This document shows positions 1 through 7,794 of a DNA stretch of 24,000 bases, in pieces; the stretch's first letter is position 1, and each line of letters begins with the position of its first letter. The notes under the pieces were generated by a model. The model saw only the letters and a list, made by a program, of their open reading frames with translations. It was not told where the DNA came from and did no database searches. The stretch comes from Janthinobacterium sp. ROICE36 (GTDB taxonomy: Bacteria > Pseudomonadota > Gammaproteobacteria > Burkholderiales > Burkholderiaceae_D): assembly GCF_002869965.1 (NCBI RefSeq), contig NZ_PEBS01000035.1:29608-53607 (forward strand), in the 5' to 3' direction. The translations under genes were made by a program, and so were the position numbers.

Positions 1-386
1 GTGATGCCCGCCTCGGCGCGCAGCACCTTGAAGCAGTCGCGGCTGTACTCGGCCAGGCGCACCATGCGTTCCTTGTTCACGGCATACGCTTCCGGGGTGC
101 AATTACGCAACATCTGCCACATCCACTTGAGCTGGGCGGCGCTGCCGTCGAGCGAGATGGCCAGCGGTGCGTGGCGCTGCATCATCCACTTCACGGCTTT
201 CAAGGGAATGCCGGGCGCCGCCCATGGCGAGGCGTAGCCGGGCGAGATTTGCCCCGCATTCGCGAAGCTGGTTTCCAGTGCCGGGCCCGGCTGGCGGTCG
301 ATGACGGTCACCTCATGTCCTGCCTTGGCCAGATAGTAAGCACTGGTGACGCCGATGACGCCGCTACCCAGAATCACAATACGCAT
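1..386 (-). CDS. dadA: D-amino-acid dehydrogenase small subunit, N-terminal 128 codons (gene continues beyond the left edge)
   Basis: Not in the supplied ORF track. My minus-strand translation from ATG 386..384 reads [128 protein letters not shown]. It has a GxGxxG FAD fold and is nearly colinear with the E. coli DadA N-terminus as I remember it ([22 protein letters not shown]). Confidence 0.9.
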   Translation of the reverse strand, partial: MRIVILGSGVIGVTSAYYLAKAGHEVTVIDRQPGPALETSFANAGQISPGYASPWAAPGIPLKAVKWMMQRHAPLAISLDGSAAQLKWMWQMLRNCTPEAYAVNKERMVRLAEYSRDCFKVLRAEAGI

Positions 387-490
387 AGTTTCCTCGATTA
401 TATTTATGGCTAGCGCCAGATTAACCGCTATCATATTGGGAAAGAGCCAGTATTTGTTCACGTATAAATCGAGATATTCAGCAATAAATC

Positions 491-991
491 ATGAGAATCC
501 TTAAAGAATCGGCACGTGGCCTCGACAAGCTGGACCGCCACATCCTGCGCATCCTGCAACAGGATGGCCGCATCTCGATGAAAGACCTGGGCGAACAGGT
601 GGGCCTGTCGATCACGCCCTGCATCGAGCGGGTCAAGCGCATGGAACGCGACGGCGTCATCACGGGCTACCACGCCAAGGTGAACCCGGCCGCGCTGGGC
701 GCCAAGCTGCTCGTCTTTGTGGAGATTACGCTGAATCAAAAATCGGCGTCTGCCTTCGAGCAATTCCGCCGCGAAGTGCTGCAAATTCCCGAAGTACAGG
801 AATGCCATCTGGTGTCGGGCGACTTCGACTATCTGATCAAGGCGCGCATCCATGAAATGGCCGAGTACCGCAAGCTGCTGGGCGACATGCTGTTGCAACT
901 GCCGGGCGCCGCGCAATCGAAAAGCTATGTGGTGATGGAAGAAATCAAGGAAACCCTGGCGCTGCCCACCGACGTGCTGCAGAGCCGCTGA
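491..991 (+). CDS. lrp: Leucine-responsive regulatory protein (Lrp/AsnC family), divergent from dadA
   Basis: 166-aa ORF. N-terminal wHTH (RILQQDGRISMKDLGEQVGLSITPCIERVKRME) plus an AsnC/RAM domain. Blocks LLVFVEITLN, QECHLVSGDFDYL, YRKLLG and YVVMEEIK match E. coli Lrp almost residue for residue. Confidence 0.9.
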   Translation: MRILKESARGLDKLDRHILRILQQDGRISMKDLGEQVGLSITPCIERVKRMERDGVITGYHAKVNPAALGAKLLVFVEITLNQKSASAFEQFRREVLQIPEVQECHLVSGDFDYLIKARIHEMAEYRKLLGDMLLQLPGAAQSKSYVVMEEIKETLALPTDVLQSR

Positions 992-992
992 A

Positions 993-1028
993 GGTACCGG
1001 CTGCCGGTACCGGTAGCATCGTTTTGTT
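993..1028 (+). terminator. Possible lrp terminator: GGTACCGG-CTG-CCGGTACC hairpin with a GTTTTGTT tract 10 nt downstream
   Basis: Perfect 8-bp inverted repeat at 993..1011, starting 2 nt after the lrp stop (989..991). The T-rich run at 1021..1028 is not contiguous with the stem, so this is a weak call. Confidence 0.35.
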
Positions 1029-1139
1029 CGCCTTTGTATAATCTTGTAGCACATTCGTGGCGACACAAGCACACTCCCCACCTGACATCACGCCCGTCCC
1101 CTCTGAGATTGGAAGCAGTGATGCACACTGGGAGTCCAT

Positions 1140-1487
1140 ATGAACACATTGATAAAACTGGCAGCATCCTGCCTCGCGGGCCTGGCCGTGGCCATGTGCA
1201 CCGCCAGTGAATACAAGGTCAACCGCGCGCCCGATAACGGCGCCTTCTATCAGAACATCAAGGTGGGCAAGACCACCCGCCTCGACCTCGACGCGGCCCT
1301 GGGCAACGCCACCGTCGTCAGCTTCGATCCGGGCTATGAAGTCTGGGTCTACAAGAACCAGTTGCAAGCGCCCAAGGTGACGCGGCTGATCCCCCTGCTG
1401 GGCGAAAAAGGCACGCGCGAAGTGGCCGTCATGTTCGACCAGGCGGGCATCGTCAGGAAATTCCGGATACACGAGCCGCGCAAGTAA
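1140..1487 (+). CDS. Small exported protein or putative lipoprotein, hypothetical (possibly SmpA/OmlA-BamE-like)
   Basis: 115-aa ORF with an N-terminal signal-like segment MNTLIKLAASCLAGLAVAM-C (non-canonical lipobox). The body, YQNIKVGKTTRLDLDAALGN...EVWVYK, is reminiscent of BamE-type small lipoproteins. GGAG lies about 7 nt upstream of the ATG. Confidence 0.6.
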   Translation: MNTLIKLAASCLAGLAVAMCTASEYKVNRAPDNGAFYQNIKVGKTTRLDLDAALGNATVVSFDPGYEVWVYKNQLQAPKVTRLIPLLGEKGTREVAVMFDQAGIVRKFRIHEPRK

Positions 1488-1577
1488 ATCACGCAAATAA
1501 GCTGCACAAGCAAGCCATGGGGAACGCGCCAGCCGCGCCCTCTTGTTCTACACTGGCGTTTTCTCTTCCTGCGCCCC

Positions 1578-2621
1578 ATGCAACGACCTGCTAACTTCGC
1601 CCACCTTTCGGCGGAACAAGACTGGCAACACACGACAGCGTATCCACCGCTAGGCTTCACACCGTTTTCCGAAGGCGCGCTGGGCAACGGCGACACTTTC
1701 GGCCTGTACTGGCCCATCGGCCGCGAAGCGTTCGAACCGATCGTGGTCGAGACGTGGCATGACGAATGGCGTATCCAGCCACACTTTTCCAGCCTGGCGG
1801 CGTTTCTGCAAGCCCACGCAGCCGCAGAGGACGAGTATATCGCCACGCCCTCGCTGGCCGATGATGCCGCCTCGCCGCGCGCCGCCTTCCTGGCTGCCAA
1901 GGAATGGATTGCGCAGCGCAACCCGGACGCTGCCATCGCGCTGCTGGAAGCGGCGCTGGCCATCCTGCCCGAATATACGGACGCCCTGGTGCTGCTGCAT
2001 GGCCAGTATGTGCGCGCTGGAAGCTGCCCCAGGGCAGCGGCGACTCGGCAGCGCTATGGTTGTCGGGCATGGCTTAGTTGCTGCCGGAACAGCTTGCGAT
2101 ACGCCGATGGCGACGTCTGCAAGTTCGCCCGGAAATGCTGGCGCAGCGACAGGGCCGTGCCGAAGCCAGCCTCTTGCGCCACGACATCGATCGAGGCCGC
2201 GCTTTTTTCCAGCATGCCTTGCGCATGCGCCAGACGCTGGTTCAGCAGCCACTGCTTGAATGACGTACCCGTGGCCTGGCGGAAATGGCGCGTAAAATTA
2301 CGCCGGCTCATGGCGGCCCGCTCGGCCAGCGCGTCGATGCTGTGCGCCTGGCCCAGGCTGGCCGTCACGCAGGCGAGCACATCGGCGAAGCGCCCTTCGC
2401 TGCCGGACACGGGCAGCGGGCGCTCGATGAATTGCGCCTGCCCACCCTGGCGGTGCGGCGCCACCAGCAGCCGGCGCGCCACCCGGTTGGCCACCTCGGC
2501 GCCCGCCAGCTGGCGCAGCAAATACAGGCAGCAATCGAGGCCGGCCGCCACGCCCGCTGACGTCAGCACGCCGCCATCGTCCACATACAGCACTTCCCGG
2601 TCCACCCTGACCTTGGGATAG
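1578..2621 (+). CDS. Hypothetical protein with SMI1/KNR4 (SUKH)-like N-terminal part and a TPR-like helix; only about 1578..2030 looks like genuine coding sequence
   Basis: Protein-like sequence runs up to ...AIALLEAALAILPEYTDALVLLHGQYVRAG, including GDTFGLYWPIGREAFEPIVVETWHDEWRIQPHFSSLAAFL. After about codon 150 the frame becomes Cys/Arg/Ser/Trp-rich nonsense. It lies antisense to the well-conserved regulator at 2054..3052. The first in-frame stop is at 2619..2621. Confidence 0.45.
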   Translation: MQRPANFAHLSAEQDWQHTTAYPPLGFTPFSEGALGNGDTFGLYWPIGREAFEPIVVETWHDEWRIQPHFSSLAAFLQAHAAAEDEYIATPSLADDAASPRAAFLAAKEWIAQRNPDAAIALLEAALAILPEYTDALVLLHGQYVRAGSCPRAAATRQRYGCRAWLSCCRNSLRYADGDVCKFARKCWRSDRAVPKPASCATTSIEAALFSSMPCACARRWFSSHCLNDVPVAWRKWRVKLRRLMAARSASASMLCAWPRLAVTQASTSAKRPSLPDTGSGRSMNCACPPWRCGATSSRRATRLATSAPASWRSKYRQQSRPAATPADVSTPPSSTYSTSRSTLTLG

Positions 2622-3052
2622 CGGGCCGCCAGCCCGTCCGCCATGCCCCAGTGCGTGGCCGCGCTCTTGCCATCCAACAAGCCTGCCTGCGCCAGGGGAA
2701 ACGCGCCCAGACACAGGCCCACCATGCGCGCACCGCGCCGGCTGGCCGCCTGCAGTGCCTCGATCAATGGCGCCGGCGCAGCGCGGCAATCGTCGTGCCA
2801 CGCCGGCATGATGACGATATCGGCCCCCTCCACTCCTTCCAGCCCGAACTCGGGCGTGATGCAAAAGCCAGCCGCCGTGCGCAGGGGTGAGGGATCGGCG
2901 GCGCACACGCGCACGTGGAAAGGCGGCAGATCGACCTCGTCCGTCTGGGCGCCAAACACGAGGCAAGGCACGGACAAGTGAAATGGCGTCATGCCGTCGA
3001 AGGCGATCACGGCCACGCTCAGAAGGGAGGAAGAAGCAGGAATAGTAGGCAT
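2054..3052 (-). CDS. GlxA-family transcriptional regulator (N-terminal DJ-1/PfpI-like domain + C-terminal AraC-type HTH)
   Basis: 332-aa ORF. DJ-1/PfpI-like part: VAVIAFDGMTPFHLSVP...MVGLCLGAFPLAQAGLLDG...SAGVAAGLDCCLYLL. AraC HTH part: LAERAAMSRRNFTRHFRQATGTSFKQWLLNQRLAHAQGML...VAQEAGFGTALSLRQHFRANLQTSPSAYRK. Confidence 0.9.
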   Translation of the reverse strand: MPTIPASSSLLSVAVIAFDGMTPFHLSVPCLVFGAQTDEVDLPPFHVRVCAADPSPLRTAAGFCITPEFGLEGVEGADIVIMPAWHDDCRAAPAPLIEALQAASRRGARMVGLCLGAFPLAQAGLLDGKSAATHWGMADGLAARYPKVRVDREVLYVDDGGVLTSAGVAAGLDCCLYLLRQLAGAEVANRVARRLLVAPHRQGGQAQFIERPLPVSGSEGRFADVLACVTASLGQAHSIDALAERAAMSRRNFTRHFRQATGTSFKQWLLNQRLAHAQGMLEKSAASIDVVAQEAGFGTALSLRQHFRANLQTSPSAYRKLFRQQLSHARQP

Positions 3053-3165
3053 GGCCCGATTTTATCGCATATCGGCCTTCAGGCCACTTTATATTTACGG
3101 CGCACGGCCTGACAATGGCCTTATCGAGGAGCTGTTTCCTCTTTTCAACCTTTCCAGGAGAACCC

Positions 3166-3798
3166 ATGTCCACCGCCCCACGTCGCGCCCTGCTCGTCAT
3201 CGATGTACAAAATGAATACTTCACGGGCGACATGCCCATCGAATACCCGTCCGTCGACATCTCGCTGCCGAATATCGTCACCGCCATGGCCGCCGCCCGC
3301 GCCGCCGGCGTGCCCGTGATCGTCGTCCAGCACGATGCGCCGGAAGCCTCCCCCATCTTCGCAAAAGGCAGCGACAGCTGGCAGTTGCATCCGCAAGTGG
3401 CCGCCTTCCCCGCCGACCACCGCATCAACAAGGTCATGGGCAGCGCGTTTGCGGGCACGGACTTGCGCGCCTGGCTGGAGAGCCATGGCATCGACACCTT
3501 GACGGTGATCGGCTACATGACGCACAACTGCGACGCCGCCACCATCTACCACGCCGCGCACGACGGCTTGCAAGTCGAGTTCCTGCAGGACGCCACCGGC
3601 ACCCTGCCCTACGCGAATGCGGGAGGCACGGCCAGCGCGGAGGAAATCCACCGCGTCTTCAGCACTGTGTTTCATTCGAATTTCGCCGCCGTCGTCAGCA
3701 CGCAGGACTGGCTGGCTGCCGTACGCGAAGGCAAGCCTCTGGAAATGGACAATATTTATCTGTCGAACCAGCGCGCGCGACAAGCGCAGGCGAACTGA
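3166..3798 (+). CDS. Cysteine hydrolase / isochorismatase-family protein
   Basis: Frame of ORF 3115..3798. I prefer ATG 3166, preceded by AGGAGA. The start ALLVIDVQNEYF, then VPVIVVQH, then TLTVIGYMTHNCDAATIYHAAHDG, show the Asp/Lys/Cys triad context typical of the isochorismatase family. Divergent from the GlxA-type regulator. Confidence 0.85.
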   Translation: MSTAPRRALLVIDVQNEYFTGDMPIEYPSVDISLPNIVTAMAAARAAGVPVIVVQHDAPEASPIFAKGSDSWQLHPQVAAFPADHRINKVMGSAFAGTDLRAWLESHGIDTLTVIGYMTHNCDAATIYHAAHDGLQVEFLQDATGTLPYANAGGTASAEEIHRVFSTVFHSNFAAVVSTQDWLAAVREGKPLEMDNIYLSNQRARQAQAN

Positions 3799-3806
3799 CA
3801 CTTGCC

Positions 3807-3835
3807 GGAATGGACGGGTATGATGCGTCCATTCC
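3807..3835 (+). other. Perfect 10-bp stem / 9-nt loop hairpin (GGAATGGACG ... CGTCCATTCC) between the hydrolase and the DUF218 gene
   Basis: The inverted repeat is read directly from the sequence. No U-tract follows on either strand, so it is not a canonical intrinsic terminator. Confidence 0.5.
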
Positions 3836-3852
3836 AAACTTGATGTTGAGCG

Positions 3853-4413
3853 ATGCGAAAAATAACTGTGCTGGGCTTAACGACCGCGGGTGTTTTCCTG
3901 CTGGCCACCGCCGCCCTGGTGCTGGCGGGCCTGCACGACAAACTGGCGCCTGCCGACGTGATCGTCGTGCCCGGCAATACGATCCTGCCCGACGGCACGC
4001 CCAGCCCCCGCTTGCAGGCGCGGCTCGACGTGGCGCTCAGGCAGTTCCAGGAACACAGGGCGCCGCACATCCTCGTCAGCGGAGCCACGGGCAAGGAAGG
4101 TTTTGACGAGGCCGCTTCCATGGCCCGCTACCTGGCCAAGCGCGGCGTGCCGGCCAGTGCCATCATTGAGGATAATCAAGGCTGGACCACGGACGCCACG
4201 GCCCGCAATGCGGCGGCCCTGATGCTCCAGCATGGCTGGCACACGGCCATGGTCGCCACGCAATATTTTCATGTGCCGCGCTTCCGGCTGGCCCTGGAAC
4301 GGGCCGGCATCGCTGTCAGCGGCCAGGTGCACGCGCCCTACTTCGAGCTGCGCGACCTGTATTCCGTGCCGCGCGAAACGCTGGGCTACGCCGTGTATTA
4401 CGCGCGGCCCTGA
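3853..4413 (+). CDS. DUF218 / YdcF-SanA-like membrane-anchored protein
   Basis: 186-aa ORF. N-terminal TM segment VLGLTTAGVFLLATAALVLAG. The DUF218 core is VIVVPGNTILPDGTPSPRLQARLD...HILVSG...EAASMARYLAKRGVPASAIIEDNQGWTTDATA. Confidence 0.8.
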   Translation: MRKITVLGLTTAGVFLLATAALVLAGLHDKLAPADVIVVPGNTILPDGTPSPRLQARLDVALRQFQEHRAPHILVSGATGKEGFDEAASMARYLAKRGVPASAIIEDNQGWTTDATARNAAALMLQHGWHTAMVATQYFHVPRFRLALERAGIAVSGQVHAPYFELRDLYSVPRETLGYAVYYARP

Positions 4414-4420
4414 TTCCCTC

Positions 4421-5914
4421 TTATTCACTCCAGTCGCGCGACCGCTCCACGGCCCGCTGCCATTTGTGCAAGCGCGTCAGGCGCTCCTCGGCCGCCATGG
4501 CCGGTTCGAAACGGCGTCCCACCTGCCATTGGGCGGCGATTTCTTCCTGCGATTCCCAGAAACCCACGGCCAGGCCCGCCAGGTAGGCGGCGCCCAGGGC
4601 CGTCGTTTCCGTTACCACGGGACGCACCACGGGCACGTTCAGAATGTCGGCCTGGAACTGCATCAGCATGTCGTTGCGGGCCGCGCCGCCATCGACGCGC
4701 AATTCGGATAGCGCGATGCCCGCATCGTCCTGCATGGCGGACAAGACGTCCACGTTCTGGTAGGCCACGCCTTCCAGCGCGGCCCGGGCGATGTGCGCCT
4801 TGCCCGTGCCGCGCGTGATGCCGATCAGGGTGCCGCGCGCGTACGGATCCCAGTACGGCGCGCCGAGCCCGGCAAACGCGGGCACGAAGACCAGGCCGCC
4901 CGAATCGGGCACGCTGGTGGCCAGCGCTTCCACTTCAGACGAGTCGCGGATGATGCCGATGCCATCGCGCATCCATTGCACGGCCGCGCCCGCGATAAAG
5001 GCGCTGCCTTCGAGCAAGTAATCGGTCTTGTCGCTACCGGCTCCCAGGCTCCAGCCCACCGTCGTCAACAAGCGGTTTTTCGAGGGCAAGGGGCGCTTGC
5101 CCACGTTCATCAGCATGAAGCAGCCCGTGCCGTAGGTGTTTTTCGCCATGCCCGGTTGCAAACAGGCCTGGCCGAAGGTGGCGGCCTGCTGGTCGCCCGC
5201 GATGCCGGCGATCGGCACGGAGACGCCCAGCAATGCCGCGTGCGTGTACGCGGCCACGCCGCTCGATGGCACGACGTCGGGCAGCAGCGAAGCGGGAATG
5301 TCCAGCAGCGCCAGCAAATCCGTGTCCCATTGCAAAGTGTGAATATTGAACAGCATGGTGCGCGCCGCGTTGCTCGTGTCCGTGAGGTGGGCGCCGCTCA
5401 TCTTGTAGATCAGCCAGCTGTCGACGGTGCCGAAGGCCAGCTCGCCCCGCTCGGCGCGCGCGCGGGCACCGGGCACCTTGTCGAGCAGCCATTTCAACTT
5501 GGTGGCGGAAAAATAGGCGTCCAGCACGAGCCCCGTCTTGCGCTGGATCAAGTCCGCCTTGCCCTGCTCGACCAGTTGCGCGCAGTAGGCCGCATTTCTG
5601 CGGTCTTGCCAGACGATGGCATTGGCAACGGGCTCGCCCGTGGCGCGGTCCCACAGCACCGTCGTTTCGCGCTGGTTGGTCACGCCGATGGCGGCCACGT
5701 CGGATGCGGCCACGCCGCTGTCGCGCAGCACTTGCTGCAGCACGCCCTCTTGCGAGGCCCAGATTTCGCCCGCGTCATGCTCGACCCAGCCCGGCTGGGG
5801 AAATATCTGGCGGAATTCCCGCTGCGCGCTGGCGTGCGGCCGGCCCGCATGGTCAAACAGAATGGCGCGCGAACTGGTGGTGCCCTGGTCTAAAGCAAGT
5901 ATATATTTGGTCAT
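4421..5914 (-). CDS. glpK: Glycerol kinase
   Basis: Frame of ORF 4421..5953. The conserved N-terminus [21 protein letters not shown] starts at ATG 5914. Motifs: [54 protein letters not shown]. Confidence 0.95.
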   Translation of the reverse strand: MTKYILALDQGTTSSRAILFDHAGRPHASAQREFRQIFPQPGWVEHDAGEIWASQEGVLQQVLRDSGVAASDVAAIGVTNQRETTVLWDRATGEPVANAIVWQDRRNAAYCAQLVEQGKADLIQRKTGLVLDAYFSATKLKWLLDKVPGARARAERGELAFGTVDSWLIYKMSGAHLTDTSNAARTMLFNIHTLQWDTDLLALLDIPASLLPDVVPSSGVAAYTHAALLGVSVPIAGIAGDQQAATFGQACLQPGMAKNTYGTGCFMLMNVGKRPLPSKNRLLTTVGWSLGAGSDKTDYLLEGSAFIAGAAVQWMRDGIGIIRDSSEVEALATSVPDSGGLVFVPAFAGLGAPYWDPYARGTLIGITRGTGKAHIARAALEGVAYQNVDVLSAMQDDAGIALSELRVDGGAARNDMLMQFQADILNVPVVRPVVTETTALGAAYLAGLAVGFWESQEEIAAQWQVGRRFEPAMAAEERLTRLHKWQRAVERSRDWSE

Positions 5915-5940
5915 GGTCGCTACTACGTCTTTACAGTGAA

Positions 5941-5966
5941 GGGGCACGGGCAAGCGCCCGTGCCCC
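5941..5966 (-). other. Intercistronic GC hairpin (11-bp perfect stem GGGGCACGGGC / GCCCGTGCCCC, loop AAGC) between the binding-protein gene and glpK
   Basis: Read directly from the sequence. It lies 29 nt downstream of the binding-protein stop and 26 nt upstream of the glpK ATG. The following minus-strand sequence, TTCACTGTAAAG, is not a clean U-tract. Confidence 0.6.
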
Positions 5967-5994
5967 GGAAAAGCGGCGGCAGAAGTTTACACGA

Positions 5995-7722
5995 CTACCT
6001 TACCTTGCCTTCTTTCCACGCCTGCAATAATTTATCGTAGGCAATCGTTTCACCCTTCGGCTTTTCATTCGCCAGCTTTTTCCATGGAGCGTGCTGGTCC
6101 GACAGATACTGGTTCGGGTCGCCTTTCGGATTGAGCTTGGGCGCACACGCCTTCATGCCCGCCCGCTGCAGGCGCGCCATGACCTGGTCCATTTCCTCGG
6201 CCAGCTTATCCATGGCCGCTTGCGGCGTCTTTTCCGCCGTGATGGCCGTGGCCACGTTCTTCCACCACAGCTGCGCCAGCTTCGGATAGTCGGGCACGTT
6301 GTTACCCGTCGGCGTCCACGCCACGCGGGCAGGGCTGCGGTAGAACTCGATCAAGCCGCCGTATTCGTTTGCATGCTTCGTGAAGTAATCGTGGCGGATG
6401 TCGGAATCGCGAATGAAAGTCAGGCCGACAATCGATTTCTTCAGCGAGACGGTTTTCGAGGTGACAAACTGCGCATACAGCCAGGCGGCGGCCTTGCGGT
6501 CGTCCGGCGTGGACTTGAACAGGAACCAGGAACCCACGTCCTGATAGCCGTTCTGCATACCTTCTTTCCAGTACGGGCCGTGCGGCGACGGCGCCATGCG
6601 CCATTTCGGCGTGCCATCCTTGTTGACGACCGGCAAGCCCGGTTTCGTCATGCCGGCCGTAAATGCCGTGTACCAGAAAATTTGCTGGGCGATTTCGCCC
6701 TGCCCCGGCACGGGACCCGATTCCGAGAAATTCATGCCGTTCGCCTGCGGCGGCGCGTATTTCTTCATCCAGTCGATGTATTTCGTCAGCGCAAACACGG
6801 CCGCCGGCGAATTGGTGGCGCCGCCGCGCGAGACGGACGCGCCCACGGGCGTGCACTTGTCGGCCGCCACCTTGATGCCCCACTCGTCGACCGGCATGCC
6901 GTTCGGAATGCCCTTGTCGGCCGCGCCAGCCATCGACAGCCACGCATCGGTGAAGCGCCAGCCCAGCGACGGGTCTTTTTTGCCGTAATCCATGTGGCCA
7001 TAGACTTTCTTGCCGTCCAGTTCCTTCACATCATTCGTGAAGAAATCGGCGATGTCTTCATACGCGGACCAGTTTTGCGGCACGCCCAGCTCGTAGCCAT
7101 ACTTGGCCTTGAACTTGGCTTGCAAATCCTTGCGCGCGAACCAGTCGGCGCGGAACCAGTACAGGTTGGCAAATTGCTGGTCGGGCAATTGATACACCTT
7201 GCCATCGGGCGCCGTGGTAAAGCTGATGCCGATGAAATCCTTCAAATCCAGGCCGGGGTTGGTGAATTCCCTGCCCTTGCCAGCCATGTAGTCGGACAGG
7301 GGTTCGACGGCGCCATAGCGGTAATGCGTGCCGATCAGGTCGGAATCGGATATCCAGCCGTCATAGATGCTCTTGCCTGACTGCATGGAGGTCTGCAGCT
7401 TTTCCACCACGTCGCCTTCCTGGATGATGTCGTGGCGCACCTTGATGCCCGTGATTTCCTCGAAAGCCTTGGCCAGGGTCTTCGATTCGTAGACGTGGGT
7501 ATCGATGGTTTCCGAGACCACGGAAATTTCCTTGATGCCCTTGGCTTTCAACTTGGCCGCCGCATCGATGAACCATTTCATTTCAGCAAGCTGTTGCTGC
7601 TTGCTCAGGCTGGATGGCTGGAATTCCTTGTCGATCCAGGTTTGCGCCTGCCTGGCATCAGCCAGGACTGCATTCGACACGAGCATGGCCGCAGCCGCGA
7701 AGACCGTGAACTTCAATTTCAT
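5995..7722 (-). CDS. ABC transporter periplasmic substrate-binding protein (predicted glycerol-binding; GlpV-like in Rhizobium nomenclature)
   Basis: 575-aa ORF with a signal peptide MKLKFTVFAAAAMLVSNAVLA/DA. Strong RBS AAGGAGA in an AT-rich leader. Located inside the glpD...glpK operon. Confidence 0.9.
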   Translation of the reverse strand: MKLKFTVFAAAAMLVSNAVLADARQAQTWIDKEFQPSSLSKQQQLAEMKWFIDAAAKLKAKGIKEISVVSETIDTHVYESKTLAKAFEEITGIKVRHDIIQEGDVVEKLQTSMQSGKSIYDGWISDSDLIGTHYRYGAVEPLSDYMAGKGREFTNPGLDLKDFIGISFTTAPDGKVYQLPDQQFANLYWFRADWFARKDLQAKFKAKYGYELGVPQNWSAYEDIADFFTNDVKELDGKKVYGHMDYGKKDPSLGWRFTDAWLSMAGAADKGIPNGMPVDEWGIKVAADKCTPVGASVSRGGATNSPAAVFALTKYIDWMKKYAPPQANGMNFSESGPVPGQGEIAQQIFWYTAFTAGMTKPGLPVVNKDGTPKWRMAPSPHGPYWKEGMQNGYQDVGSWFLFKSTPDDRKAAAWLYAQFVTSKTVSLKKSIVGLTFIRDSDIRHDYFTKHANEYGGLIEFYRSPARVAWTPTGNNVPDYPKLAQLWWKNVATAITAEKTPQAAMDKLAEEMDQVMARLQRAGMKACAPKLNPKGDPNQYLSDQHAPWKKLANEKPKGETIAYDKLLQAWKEGKVR

Positions 7723-7794
7723 CGTGAATCTCCTTTTATTTTATTGCCGGCCGCCTGCTGACGGTCCGGCCTCCATCAACACCGGCAAGCCGGC

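Noticed and set aside
458-1496. Minus-strand ORFs 458..1081 (207 aa) and 945..1496 (183 aa)
   Set aside because: They are antisense to the Lrp orthologue and the small exported protein. They have no recognisable features.
1527-1565. CGCCAG ... CTGGCG followed by TTTTCTCTTCC, as a terminator for the small exported protein gene
   Set aside because: It has only a 6-bp stem with a 20-nt loop, which is too weak to report as a feature.
2298-3497. 399-aa minus-strand ORF spanning the regulator/hydrolase intergenic region
   Set aside because: It is out of frame with the GlxA-type gene and antisense to the isochorismatase-family gene. It crosses a divergent promoter region, and the translation is Arg/Gly/Ala-rich nonsense.
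5915-5953. Longer N-terminal extensions offered by the ORF track: glpK from 5953, permease from 9268, DUF2160 from 8133, hydrolase from 3115, nasA from 21174
   Set aside because: In each case the conserved protein N-terminus begins at an internal ATG with a better RBS and/or a tidy stop-start junction with the upstream gene. The extensions overlap upstream genes or intergenic hairpins and look non-protein-like.
7741-7794. GC-rich imperfect hairpins (GCCGG.CCG ... CGG.CCGGC; ACCGGCAAGCCGG) between the DUF2160 and binding-protein genes, as terminators
   Set aside because: The stems are interrupted or have 2-nt loops, and an A-rich rather than U-rich sequence follows on the transcribed strand. 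They probably only contribute to mRNA structure upstream of the strong AAGGAGA RBS.
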